Below are positions 53,495 through 64,000 of a DNA stretch of 64,000 nucleotides, piece after piece. The stretch's first letter is position 1; the number at the start of each line of letters is the position of its first letter. The stretch spans positions 109,554,001-109,618,000 of the forward strand of contig NC_042997.1 in NCBI RefSeq assembly GCF_006345805.1. The letters are read 5' to 3'. The translations under genes were made by a program, and so were the position numbers. The notes under the pieces were generated by a model. That model worked only from the letters and a program-made list of their open reading frames with translations. It was not told the DNA's origin and did not search any database. The stretch comes from Octopus sinensis. Lineage: Eukaryota.

Positions 53495-53710
53495 TTTTCT
53501 CTACTTTAGGCACAAGGTTTGAAATTTGGGGGGAGGGGGCTAGTTGATTAGATCGACCCCAGTATGCAGTTGGTACTTTATTTATCGACCCTGTAAGGAT
53601 GAAAGGCAAAGTCGACCTCGGCGAAACTTGAACTCAGAACGTAAAGACAGACGAAATACTGTTAAGCATTTCGTTCGGCGTGCTAACGATTCTGCTAGGT
53701 CGCCGCTTTA
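53495..53710 (-). mobile_element. SINE family B monomer
   Basis: Same core and head as the neighbouring copies. Confidence 0.85.
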
Positions 53711-54538
53711 TATAAGAGATAATATTGAGGCATAGGATATATAAGGCCATGCTGATCAATAAAATAAACTAGTATATCAATGCATAACTGATAAGGCACT
53801 ATTGTTATATACATTATAAGGCAGCAATTGAAACGAGCATTGATGAAACGACTAAATATTACGACACTTGACGCGCTGAGTTCAAATTCTAACGAGGTTG
53901 ATAATCGATAAAATGCAGGGTGTTCCTCCCCATGAAAATTGTGTTATTATGTCAAAGTTAGAAATCAATATTTTAACGATCTATCCATGATCGATACAGC
54001 AAGCAGCCAGACAAAATCACTCCTTGCAGTGTTCAGTAACGTCATTTGCGTTTTGAGTTCAAATCCCTCCGGAGCGCTCTTTACTTTTCATTCATTCAAG
54101 ATCGATAAAATATATGACAGTGAAGAAAAATCTATATTTTGAAGAATATTGATTTCCTTTCGACACGACACAAATGTTCTATATTTTAGTAGGGAATGCC
54201 GCCTCCAATTCTGTGCTCTTTTTTGTTTTGTTTTTGTCCTTTTTAAAAAACAGGAGAGTAATTCTTTTGTGTCTTTCTCCAAAAACAAAACCAAGTCTCC
54301 AAGATTTTAGCTTTAACTCTTCGGCACTGATTTAAAAAAAGGAATTGCTTACGGAGAGAGTAAAGTCGATTGGATTAACTGCAGTATATGTCGGAATCAG
54401 TTTTCAACCATTTTTTTGTTTACCTATGGACCTATTTGATTCTTGTTTTACTCAGGTGGACCCTCATAACCATTCCAAGTTTAAAAAATTCTATATTTTT
54501 ATATTTCGTTTTGGGATTTAGCTTACAATATTCTTTAT

Positions 54539-54638
54539 NNNNNNNNNNNNNNNNNNNNNNNNNNNNNNNNNNNNNNNNNNNNNNNNNNNNNNNNNNNNNN
54601 NNNNNNNNNNNNNNNNNNNNNNNNNNNNNNNNNNNNNN
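54539..54638. other. Assembly gap (100 N)
   Basis: Run of exactly 100 N. Confidence 1.
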
Positions 54639-54735
54639 AGCCTGGTACTTATTCTGTCGCCCCTTTTTGCCGAACCGCTAACTTAATGAGACATAAACAC
54701 ACCAACACCCAACACCGGTTATAAAGCGGTGGGGG

Positions 54736-54810
<75 letters not shown>

Positions 54811-54890
54811 AAACACATTTATATATCCGACGGGCTTCATTCAGTTTTCGTCTACCAAATCCGCTCACAAGACTTTGGTCGGCCCGAGGC
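54639..54890 (-). mobile_element. SINE family A fragment abutting the gap
   Basis: TTTTGCCGAACCGCTAA..(CA)n..GACGGGCTTC..TCTACCAAATCC..TTGGTCGGCCCGAGGC. Confidence 0.8.
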
Positions 54891-56369
54891 TTTTCTTTGC
54901 TCGTTGCACTAATAAGTGTAACATCTGCTGTACTTTCCTAACATAGACTCATAACCAGAGGTTGCTGGGATGGGTTGGGTGTTAGTACATAAAACAAAGA
55001 ACCACTACTCGATCGATACTTTATTTTATCGAACTCGGAAGAATGGAAAGCAAAGTAGACTTTGATGGGAATTCAACACAGAACCTAAAATACAGAAATA
55101 AATACAATGAGATTTTACCCGAAGCATAAATGAGTCTCTCAACGCAACGCTTTTCTAGATATAGACTTCCGTATTCTTCGTCTATTATCAGAATTTGTGG
55201 TTATGTGGGAATGCCAGTCGAAGAAGGTTTCTTTAAGGTAAACTAGGAACAATATTTCCCTAGAAGAAACAACCAGACGCAACTGTTTAACGATATCAGG
55301 GATACTTTCTGATATGTTGCAGTTTCTCTGATAAACCGTTTGGAAAATTAGATAAATCTTTTTAGCAGATTTTTGGTAATCTTTGCGGTAGGAAACCAAC
55401 AATAAATCGTAACGGAATGATAAGGAATTCTACGTGTCTACGGTGTAGAATTAGTTTCCATTGAAAGAAGATATTGCATTCTGTGTTTACCGTTTACTGA
55501 TGCCTAAGAAATACCATACTGGGTGAAGATTGTAAATTAGTTGATAAGAAGGAAAGAAACAGAGGCAGTTAAATACAAAATGTTTTAGATATAAAACTAA
55601 ACAAATTTGAAATAATTGGAATTTAAAAAATCTGGTAATATTTATTTCTGAAATTTTAACTTAATCAGATTGTTAATTGTTTATGTTTCTGCTTTGTTGT
55701 TGTTGTTCTTTTGTTGTTGCTTTTTTTGTTGTTGCGTTTCATTCCCAAAATCTTTTTCATCTTTTATACAACATCCTCATTGATAAAGCATCGACAGAGC
55801 TTCATTGTTTCGTAATTGTTGTTGTTGCTGCTGTTATTTTTTGCTTGTTTTTCTAGTTAGAACCCAGGTCGGCCTTGATCAAGCAGACCTATGATCTAAG
55901 ACATTCCACATGTGACCGTCTCGTTCCTTTTTTTTTTAAAGTTTCTTCCGATATAGTAATTATATTTACTGTATCTGAAAATATAGTAAACATAATTATT
56001 ATAACCAATTTGTCCTTCATTTAAGACAGAATTAAGATTTGGTTGCAATTTCTAGTAAGTCGAATGTTGTTATTATAGCTTTAAGTTTCCTGTTATCGTT
56101 AAACCAGAAACCCTACCATCAAAGACACTCCACATTAGCCAACCACACTATTTTTATCGAACGCAATTCGTTATGGTCAACCTCTTCCTCCAATATCTCC
56201 TTCATTTTTACCAAAGACAGTAACGTATTATGAGAGAGTATTTGGCTGCTATTTCTAGCACACAAAGGTTCCATGGTTGGCTTCCTTTGTGTTTCGGTGA
56301 AACATGGTTCCATCCTTCTTCCTGCGCCTATCACTACAAAAACTGGCACTTTGTTAGTTATGGCGCCCA

Positions 56370-56669
56370 GTGTTCCAGTTGATCCGATCAACAAAAGAGC
56401 CTACTCGTGAAATTAACATCCAAGTGGCTGAGTACTCCGCAGAAACGTGTACTCTCAACGCAGTTCTCAGGGAGATTCGGCGTACGCAGAATGTGACGAG
56501 GTTGGCTCTTTGAAATTACTGGTACCATTCAGTGTTGCCAGCTGAGTGGACTGGGGCAACGGGAAAATAAAGTGTCTTGCTTAAGGACACAACGTGCCTC
56601 TGAGAATCGAACTCATGACTTTACGATCATGCGACGAAAAGCTTAACCACTGAGCCACGCGCCTTCACC
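56370..56669 (-). mobile_element. SINE family C, full length
   Basis: The reverse complement starts GTGAAGGCGCGTGGCTCAGTGGTTAAGC with B box GAGTTCGATTC. Confidence 0.82.
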
Positions 56670-56670
56670 T

Positions 56671-56880
56671 ATTCTTTTACTTTTTTCAGTCATTTGGCAG
56701 CGGCCATGCTGGAGCATCGCCTTAAATGGGTTTGATCGAAGAAATTGACCCCAGAACGTTTTCTTTGTAAGCCTAGTACTTATTCTATCGGGCTCTCTTT
56801 TGCCGAAACGCTAAGTTACGGAGACATAAACACACCAGCATCGGTTGTCAAGTGATGGTAGGAAGAAAAATACAAGCATA
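56671..56880 (-). mobile_element. SINE family A 3' half
   Basis: GCGGCCATGCTGGAGCATCGCC..TTTGTAAGCCTAGTACTTATTCTATCGG. Confidence 0.82.
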
Positions 56881-56898
56881 CACACATACAAACACACA

Positions 56899-56929
<31 letters not shown>

Positions 56930-56946
56930 GCGCACACACACACATA

Positions 56947-57004
<58 letters not shown>

Positions 57005-57109
57005 GATGTCCGCTTGCTTTACATAGTACAATCATGCTTGTTATTATTATTATTATTATTATTAATATTAATATTAATTTTATTGACTTTTTGTGTGGTT
57101 ATACATTTT

Positions 57110-57620
57110 AATAGACTGGATTGTTAAATATATATGCCTGCTTTAAATTTAAATGTGAGTGTACATGTATTTCCTTGATGTTGGTTATAGAACTATGAGT
57201 TTAATATGGAACATTATTGTGTTTGTTAATGTATATTGATATATATTGTTTATATTGTATTATTGTGTATATATATATGTGTAGAATTATGAGTGTCTAT
57301 GCACACATTTTTATATTTATATGTAAATGTTTTTTATACTTACATTAAATTCTCTGAAGAGGCCGTGAGACATTCTTGTTAATGTTCCATTTATACCTGC
57401 TTTATATGGCTAATAGGTTAAATGGGACATACCTGTCTTCACGGCCGAAACAGCTGTCAGCTACAATGTAATTGTGCTTTCTATTTCTATTTCTATGTCT
57501 AGTTATATTTGTAATATATTATGTATAATGTCTTTGCTGTTGTGTAATGGTTTAATAAAGTATTGATTGGGTATTATCTGATGGTTGATGATTGATTTAG
57601 GTATGTTTCTCCATTTTCTC
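57110..57620 (+). mobile_element. Penelope-type pseudo-LTR-like AT-rich block (solo)
   Basis: Non-coding T-rich block containing an intact hammerhead and a downstream AATAAA at 57554. No adjacent ORF. Confidence 0.5.
57341..57470 (+). ncRNA. Type I hammerhead ribozyme, intact core, extended stem II
   Basis: CUGAAGA at 57354-57360, stem II GGCCGUGA-GACA/UGUC-U-UCACGGCC plus an inner 12-bp helix, GAAA at 57447-57450, palindromic ACAGCUGU, and a GUC site with predicted cleavage after 57458. Stem I is CU/AG plus UACAUU/AAUGUA. Confidence 0.82.
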
Positions 57621-57628
57621 ATTTTGTG

Positions 57629-57668
<40 letters not shown>

Positions 57669-57854
57669 TAATATAGGATAAAAATTTTCGAAAAAATTTT
57701 ATCAATGCCAGTATATTAAAATATACCGTTAAAGGTTAAATTTATAAACAACTTATAAACAAGGGCAAAAGGAATTAGATGGTTATGGATGTTGTGTCTA
57801 GTTTCGGCATATTTGGCATTAGAATTTTTTTCTTTTGCCCTTGTTTATAAGTTG

Positions 57855-57894
<40 letters not shown>

Positions 57895-57898
<4 letters not shown>

Positions 57899-58052
57899 AC
57901 GGACTTCTTTCAGTTTCCGTCTACCAAATCCACTCACAAGGCTTTGGTCGGCCCGAGGTTACTGTAGAAGACACTTCCCCAAGGTGCCACGCAGTGGGAC
58001 TGAAACCCGGAACCACTAGGTTGGGAATCAAGCTTCTTACCATACAGCCACG
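57895..58052 (-). mobile_element. SINE family A 5' half
   Basis: CTTCTTTCAGTTTCCGTCTACCAAATCCACTCACAAGGCTTTGGTCGGCCCGAGG..CAAGGTGCCACGCAGTGGGACTGAAACCCGG. Confidence 0.85.
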
Positions 58053-58887
58053 TAGAACTACATCAATCCACAAATTCTTTTCCGTCTGTGCCATTCCAGC
58101 CATCAGTCAACGACTTATTTAAATCTTGACCGTGTTATCTCCCTCAAAAAATATTTCTAATCAAAATGTCTCTCACGTGTCCTTCACATGTCCCTCACGT
58201 GTCCTCGCTTGTCGCTCATGTGTCCTAATGTGTCCACATGTGTCCTTGGTGAGATGCATTTCAATCTTCGGGTCAACGAATCTTTCAAAGTATGACTCAA
58301 AGACGTCTCACTTCAGAAAATAAACCTTGTTTGGTTGAAACATTTTTTAGCGATGAATTTCACAGTGACTCGTGAAGATACATTCATATTCCACAAATAA
58401 AACTGATAGCCATGTGGGGAGAGTTCTAAAGTGCGTTATAAATCGAGCATGACGAGGAAGAAAAAATAAAAGAACTGAGAAATACTTGGTTCTCTTAATT
58501 TCCTTGATCATCATCATTATTCATGAGTGAGTGAGTCAGTGAATGAGTGAGTCAGTGAGTCAGTGAGTGAGTGAGTGAGATAGTGAGTGAGTGAGTGAGT
58601 GTGTGTTAATGTAATGCTTCTTAAAGTGTGTATATTGATTTGATCCTAGTCCGGATCGCTTTCGCACTAACCAGTAAATGCCTTGCTTGTCAGAACAAGC
58701 ATTTTTCATTTTAGCCCAGAATGTCTGGGATATTTGTCACTGAGGAGATTCAATAAAGTCGAAACACCGGATCTAGCGATCCACAGGCTTTCTGTCGAAG
58801 CGCTTTTGTTTTTAATATAAAAGTATCTTCGGTAAGTTTCTTGGAGACAGAATATTACAGCTCTGCTGTTCCATGTTTCTATATATA

Positions 58888-59430
58888 CACGAGGAGGCAC
58901 CCCAAAGTAACCAGAAATGTTCTCTATGGAACAAACCCGTTGTAGTTCAGGCTTCCACCGCTAGAAGCCACTTAATGCAACCCTCAGGCATCAGTCTGCC
59001 GACTGGCGTCATTATTTGCAGGTTTACTGCTCCCTGGTGCGTCTTTGTTTTGCAGTGCTTCACTCCTGTTCGTTGATTTTTGCGATGGTTGAAACGAAGG
59101 AACAGCGTGGCGGCCGAAACACTTGTTATGCTTCAAACAGCTTACAAGGACGCTGCCATGGACAAAACAGAAAATTACCAGTGGTTTTCATACTTTAGGA
59201 ATGGTCACTTGTTGTTTGAAGACCGACCTCGTTCATCACGACCATCGACCACCCGAACGAATAAAAACATTATGAAAATTCATGAAGTGTTATTGGAGGA
59301 CCGTCGCCGAACAATTGACAAACTTGTTGTGATTGGTGTGTCCTGGAGATTCAACCAATAAATTTTGAGTGAGGAATTGCGAATGAAATGCCCCGCTTGC
59401 TCACGGAAGAACAAAAGCAATCACGACTGA
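58888..59430 (+). pseudogene. Mariner (DD34D-type) 5' end: TIR plus N-terminal HTH of the transposase, truncated
   Basis: TA then CACGAGG..AAAGTAACCAGAA at the left end. Translation MVETKEQR/AAETLVMLQTAYKDAAM..YQWFSYFRNG..EDRPRSSRPST..LEDRRRTI..RLLTEEQK. Confidence 0.82.
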
Positions 59431-60423
59431 TTTACAATCATAAATATTATACACAACAATAATACATACTAAAATGGCATTAATATAAGGCAGAGGACGA
59501 AGGGTGGTGGGTTGGCAACCTGGTTTCCTCTCCTTTTTGACGAATAACTCAGACATTCTGAGTTAAGCTGACAATGTTTGTTCCGAAAGTCTCTTTGAGA
59601 TGTTTCTCTGAGATAGAATATAACAATTAGTGTTGTTCTACGATTTATATACACATTTTAAATGTTATACAGTTATGCTGTTATACACACCGGTGTTTTT
59701 ATATGAAGTTGTTTCAAGTGTGAACATTAAAAGAAATATTCGTTGTATATCATTTAATCATAATCTACTCAGATATCACGTATTGTTGTGGACAATATTA
59801 TTTAGGAGTTAAAATTCGCAACATATTTATCATTAGCAGAAGATATCAGAATGTTTAGTTTGTAATTTTCTATACCAGTCTCAAAGATGAAGACAGACAT
59901 CTGCATATATTTTCCCTGTTTTCTTAAGATGATAGACAAAAATCTGAATCAGATTTCTAATCTCAGCGCTTCCAAAAATAGATAATCTTATTTCATAACA
60001 CAATTCTACATCTTTTGTCAAATTTTACAGAATTATCTGCCATGCCAAACCTTAAGATCAGAAATATTTTGCACATAATATAGCTATCTCTCTTCTCTCT
60101 CTCTCTTCTTCTTCTCTCTCTCTCTTTCTCTCTCTCTCTCACTTTTTCTGTATTCATATGTATGTGTGAATGCGTGCATGTGTGTACGTGTGTGTGTGCG
60201 CGCGCGTATGTGTGAGATATTGTTATAGCAGTATACATACATATATATGTATGTGTATATATATACGCACATATATATATATATGCATGTATGTATGTAT
60301 GTATGTTTATGTGTATATAATATATATATATATATATATTATACATATATATATATATATTTGTGTATATATCTATGTGTGTATATATATGTATATATAT
60401 ATATATATATATTTTATAATATA

Positions 60424-60481
<58 letters not shown>

Positions 60482-61449
60482 ATATAGATATATATATATA
60501 TATATATATGATATGATATAGCTTTAACAGGATTTACAGATAAAGCGTTGAGTTGGCCTTGTATAACACATTTATAGAATATAGAATAGTTGTGATTTTG
60601 AAATTGCCAATAACCACTAAAGCAAATAGTCCAGTGGAAAATAAAGAATACTGGAATAAGAAGATTGCAAAACAAGAAGCACGTTTTATTCCAACTCGCT
60701 TTAATTCTGAAAACTCAGTAATATCTAATTAAAGTTTTACAAGTGAAAACATAGATTCGGAAGAAGAGAGCAATTTGCAGCATAATCACTATTAAAAAGT
60801 AGATGGAAAGAGAAAGTCTATATTTCTGAAATGAAAACTAAAACAAACGATAATATAACGGAGGAAGAAAAGAAAAAGCTGTAAAGCAATTTGTTTTGTT
60901 ATCATGATAGGGAAATGACTTTCTAAGCAATAATACTTGATATGAATTTTTACAGCCGAGAAAATGAGAAAATTGTTTTCGTGTCGGAGCGTTCTGAAAT
61001 CCAATTAACATTTAAGGCGAAATATATATTTGAATCTATTTTCTGAACGTTTAATCGTGACAATTGAAGGTTTTAAACATAAAATATTACTGTATTGTAA
61101 CCATATCTACAAGGCAGTGTATTCATAGTAACTGTGTTTACATAGCAACAAATACTGAGACACAGGAATATGTGTTATGCAACCAGTGAAACGGTGGCTG
61201 TCTTTCAGTTACACCTGAGAAGGCGGGACAGCGCCCGTAATCCGTAATTTGCTTAATGTTTACTATAACATAATTTCGATTTGGGACGCCGTTGGTGCTG
61301 AAGCTCAGTCTGTGTTACTGAAATCAGTTCAATAGCTTTTGTAAGGACCATAACTAGGATTAGCACCTGTTCCTGTTAACTACCTGAGGTATTCTGCATG
61401 TTTTGTTCTGATTTCAGGCTTATATTATCGTTTATCGTCTCCATGCATC

Positions 61450-61640
61450 AGTCATTGGATTGCGTCCTTGCTGAGGTACTGCTTTGCAGAGTTTTATTTG
61501 ATCAAATCAACCCCAGTACTAATTTTTAAGCCTGACTCTATCGGTCTCTTTTCTGGAGGACGTAAACAAAACAATACCGGTTGTCAGTGATGGGAGGGAC
61601 ATGCATAGGCATAAAGGCACACATACGCACACACATAGAT

Positions 61641-61692
<52 letters not shown>

Positions 61693-61859
61693 TTATACGA
61701 CAGGCTTCCACACAGTTTCTTTTATCAAATTCGGTTAGAAGACAGTCGAACCGGGGCTATAGTACAAGAAACTTGCCTAACGTGCTGTGCCGTGGGACTG
61801 AACCAGAAATTCACCTCTTTGCAAAGCGAGCTCCTTAAGCGCCCAGCCGTGCCTGCGCC
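61450..61859 (-). mobile_element. Old SINE family A copy
   Basis: Ends CAGCCGTGCCTGCGCC, the reverse complement of the head; family tail motifs are present. Confidence 0.7.
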
Positions 61860-62699
61860 AATATTTCTGGAATTTCACTTCTAAAATATTGCTGATGTTT
61901 CATGAATGACTTTTTTCGCCCCAGCAGCAGCAGCAGCGGTAGCAGCAGACGTTCTGAAGAAACTTTCGATATACATCATAACAGGTTTGCATTTCTCCCT
62001 CTTTTAAAACTTGTCTTTGTTTTTCGCTGTTTTCTGAGATATAACATGGAATGGCCACTCATAGAATTCAGGAATAAATATAAGAAGATGAAGCGCTAAG
62101 AAGGTAGGAAGTCAGTTTTGTCATTCTTATAAATCATTTTCATCTCTCACAATAGAATATGGTTGATAAAACTGAATTTTATTTCCCCCAAGTGATCGAA
62201 ACTTAATCTATTAATGATTTATCGGCAAAATAAAATAACTTTATCAGAATTCAAGATGGAAACAATAAAATGGCGAATAATAAGTAAAAAAAGAAAAAAA
62301 AACTTATTAGTTTACTCCCGCATGAAAACGGTTCATTCGTTATACTGAAAGAGCGATGCATTCGGTAGAATTGGTTGAGCATCAGAAAAATATACCTTGT
62401 GTATTTTGTTATTTTTTTTTTTTATATTGAGAGTTAGAACCTTGTTCTGGTTAACATTCCCTTTCACCATAGTAAGCGTGACAAGATAGAGTAACAAGCC
62501 GACCAGTGGAGATGGTCATATCAGTTCCCTGCCCTAAATCTGTGCCATTGTGCAAAAGTGAAGAAGCAATATTGCAATCAGCAAATTCCTCATTACTAAA
62601 CGACGACAGAATAGAGGTGTAAATATAATCCCAGCATATTAATAATATCGTGTACAGGGTCCAAATTTGTTGCTGAGTAGTGGTTCATACGTCTCGATA

Positions 62700-63150
62700 A
62701 CCTTCAGAGGTAAGGCAGCGGAGCACAAGCCCCTCGTACGGCCTTTCCTGCTAAACAGGTCAAAGGGCAGAGGCCAGGCTAGTAGGGACTACCTCTTCTC
62801 AGATGTAAAAAATGGGTTTCGGTAGGACAAGCACCCTTACATAGATAAAAAGCAAAGATACAGTAACCTCGATGACAATCGAAAACCAACAAGAACCGGG
62901 AGATGAAAGCTTTCCTTCGGGGATGGCAGGATATAGGGCAGAGCTGGGCAGCAGGGTTTAACAGCAGAGTTGCAGAAAATGACATCACAGAGCCAAGAGC
63001 AAGTAAAAGTTGTTGATGGCTAAAGCTCGACAAGGAGCAGAAGGCCTCAGTAAGTATATTGAGAACAATGGGGACCCTTCCACGACAACATATGGATCAA
63101 ACATACCTAGAATATTATCAACAATATATTTCTTACAGCAGCACCATCTG
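62700..63150 (+). mobile_element. Possible RTE 5' UTR / endonuclease-start relic
   Basis: CAGGTCAAAGGGCAGAGGCCAG and later blocks resemble RTE 5' ends as I recall them. There is no clean reading frame. Confidence 0.35.
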
Positions 63151-63812
63151 GAGCAATAACACCACTAATGCAAAACTAATAGGATGACCAGCTAGAAATA
63201 GCAGCTAATTCTCCCTCTGCTATCAACTCACTGACTTCAAAAAGAAAGGAATGTCTGTCATTGTAGTCCTAGATGAACGAAAAAAACAACTTAGCCATGG
63301 TTGGGGCTAACATATTACAACAGCAACAAGAATAAAGAGCTAATGGAAGAGATTCTAGGCGAGCATTCGAAATGCTAGAAAGAGCATCCAATCCTGTTGT
63401 GTGTCACTTCTACTTCACAAAAAGAAACTCAGACGCACACAGATACACACACGCAGACTCACATAAATTAACACACATTAACACATATTAACATGCTCTT
63501 GGATGCAAAAAGAAAAAATGACGGCATGGTTAGGTCAGGGAAAGTATACGCGATAAGTTCTGACATGGGGCTCAACAACAACAGCAACAACAACAACAAT
63601 AACTAAAGCGTATATTCATCTATAAACTGGGGAGCTGTCGTTAAACTGACACCGTGAAGCCGGTTTCAATTACCAGCTGAAATTAATTCTCCTCAATTAT
63701 GCTGCTGAGGCTCTTGGGAAACGGCATGGACTTTAGAATTGCAATTTCCTCCTCGACAAAATAGAGAACTAAGCAAAAATAAACACGCGCGCGCAACACC
63801 ACACAAACGCGC

Positions 63813-63868
<56 letters not shown>

Positions 63869-64000
63869 AATGCATGTAATAAATACATATACACATATGT
63901 ATACATACACACACGCACACATATATATATAATTATACATATATATATATATGTATTTGTGTATGCATATATACATATATGTATATATATATATATATAC

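Noticed and set aside
54388-54681. ORF containing an X run
   Set aside because: It spans the 100-N assembly gap.
55192-55237. Possible 46-nt exon (..TATCAG|..ICGYVGMPVEEGFFK|GTAAAC)
   Set aside because: The splice dinucleotides are plausible, but I cannot match the peptide to any family. Such candidates arise by chance in 64 kb, so spliced reads are needed.

Overview
AT-rich, microsatellite-saturated animal genomic DNA with one 100-N assembly gap (54539-54638). The tRNA-derived SINE families and the repeat landscape look like an octopus (coleoid cephalopod) genome; this is inferred, not verified. I found no host-gene exon I can support. Most long ORFs in the supplied track are translations of (CA)n, (TA)n, (TATG)n, (GATA)n or trinucleotide repeats. 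The coding remnants I can recognise all belong to dead mobile elements. These are a full-length maT/DD37D Tc1-mariner copy (5561-6842), a 5'-truncated Penelope-like element with RT and GIY-YIG domains (36861-38995), two Hero-type REL non-LTR fragments, several RTE fragments and a mariner 5' fragment. There are also many SINEs, MITEs and fold-back structures. The most notable signal is a set of Penelope-type hammerhead ribozyme motifs in several sequence-unrelated contexts. Two have intact cores (23726-23782, 57341-57470) and others carry single core substitutions or are relics. One forms the tail of a chimeric element built from a tRNA head, a microsatellite and a hammerhead, present twice head-to-head at 15661-16465.
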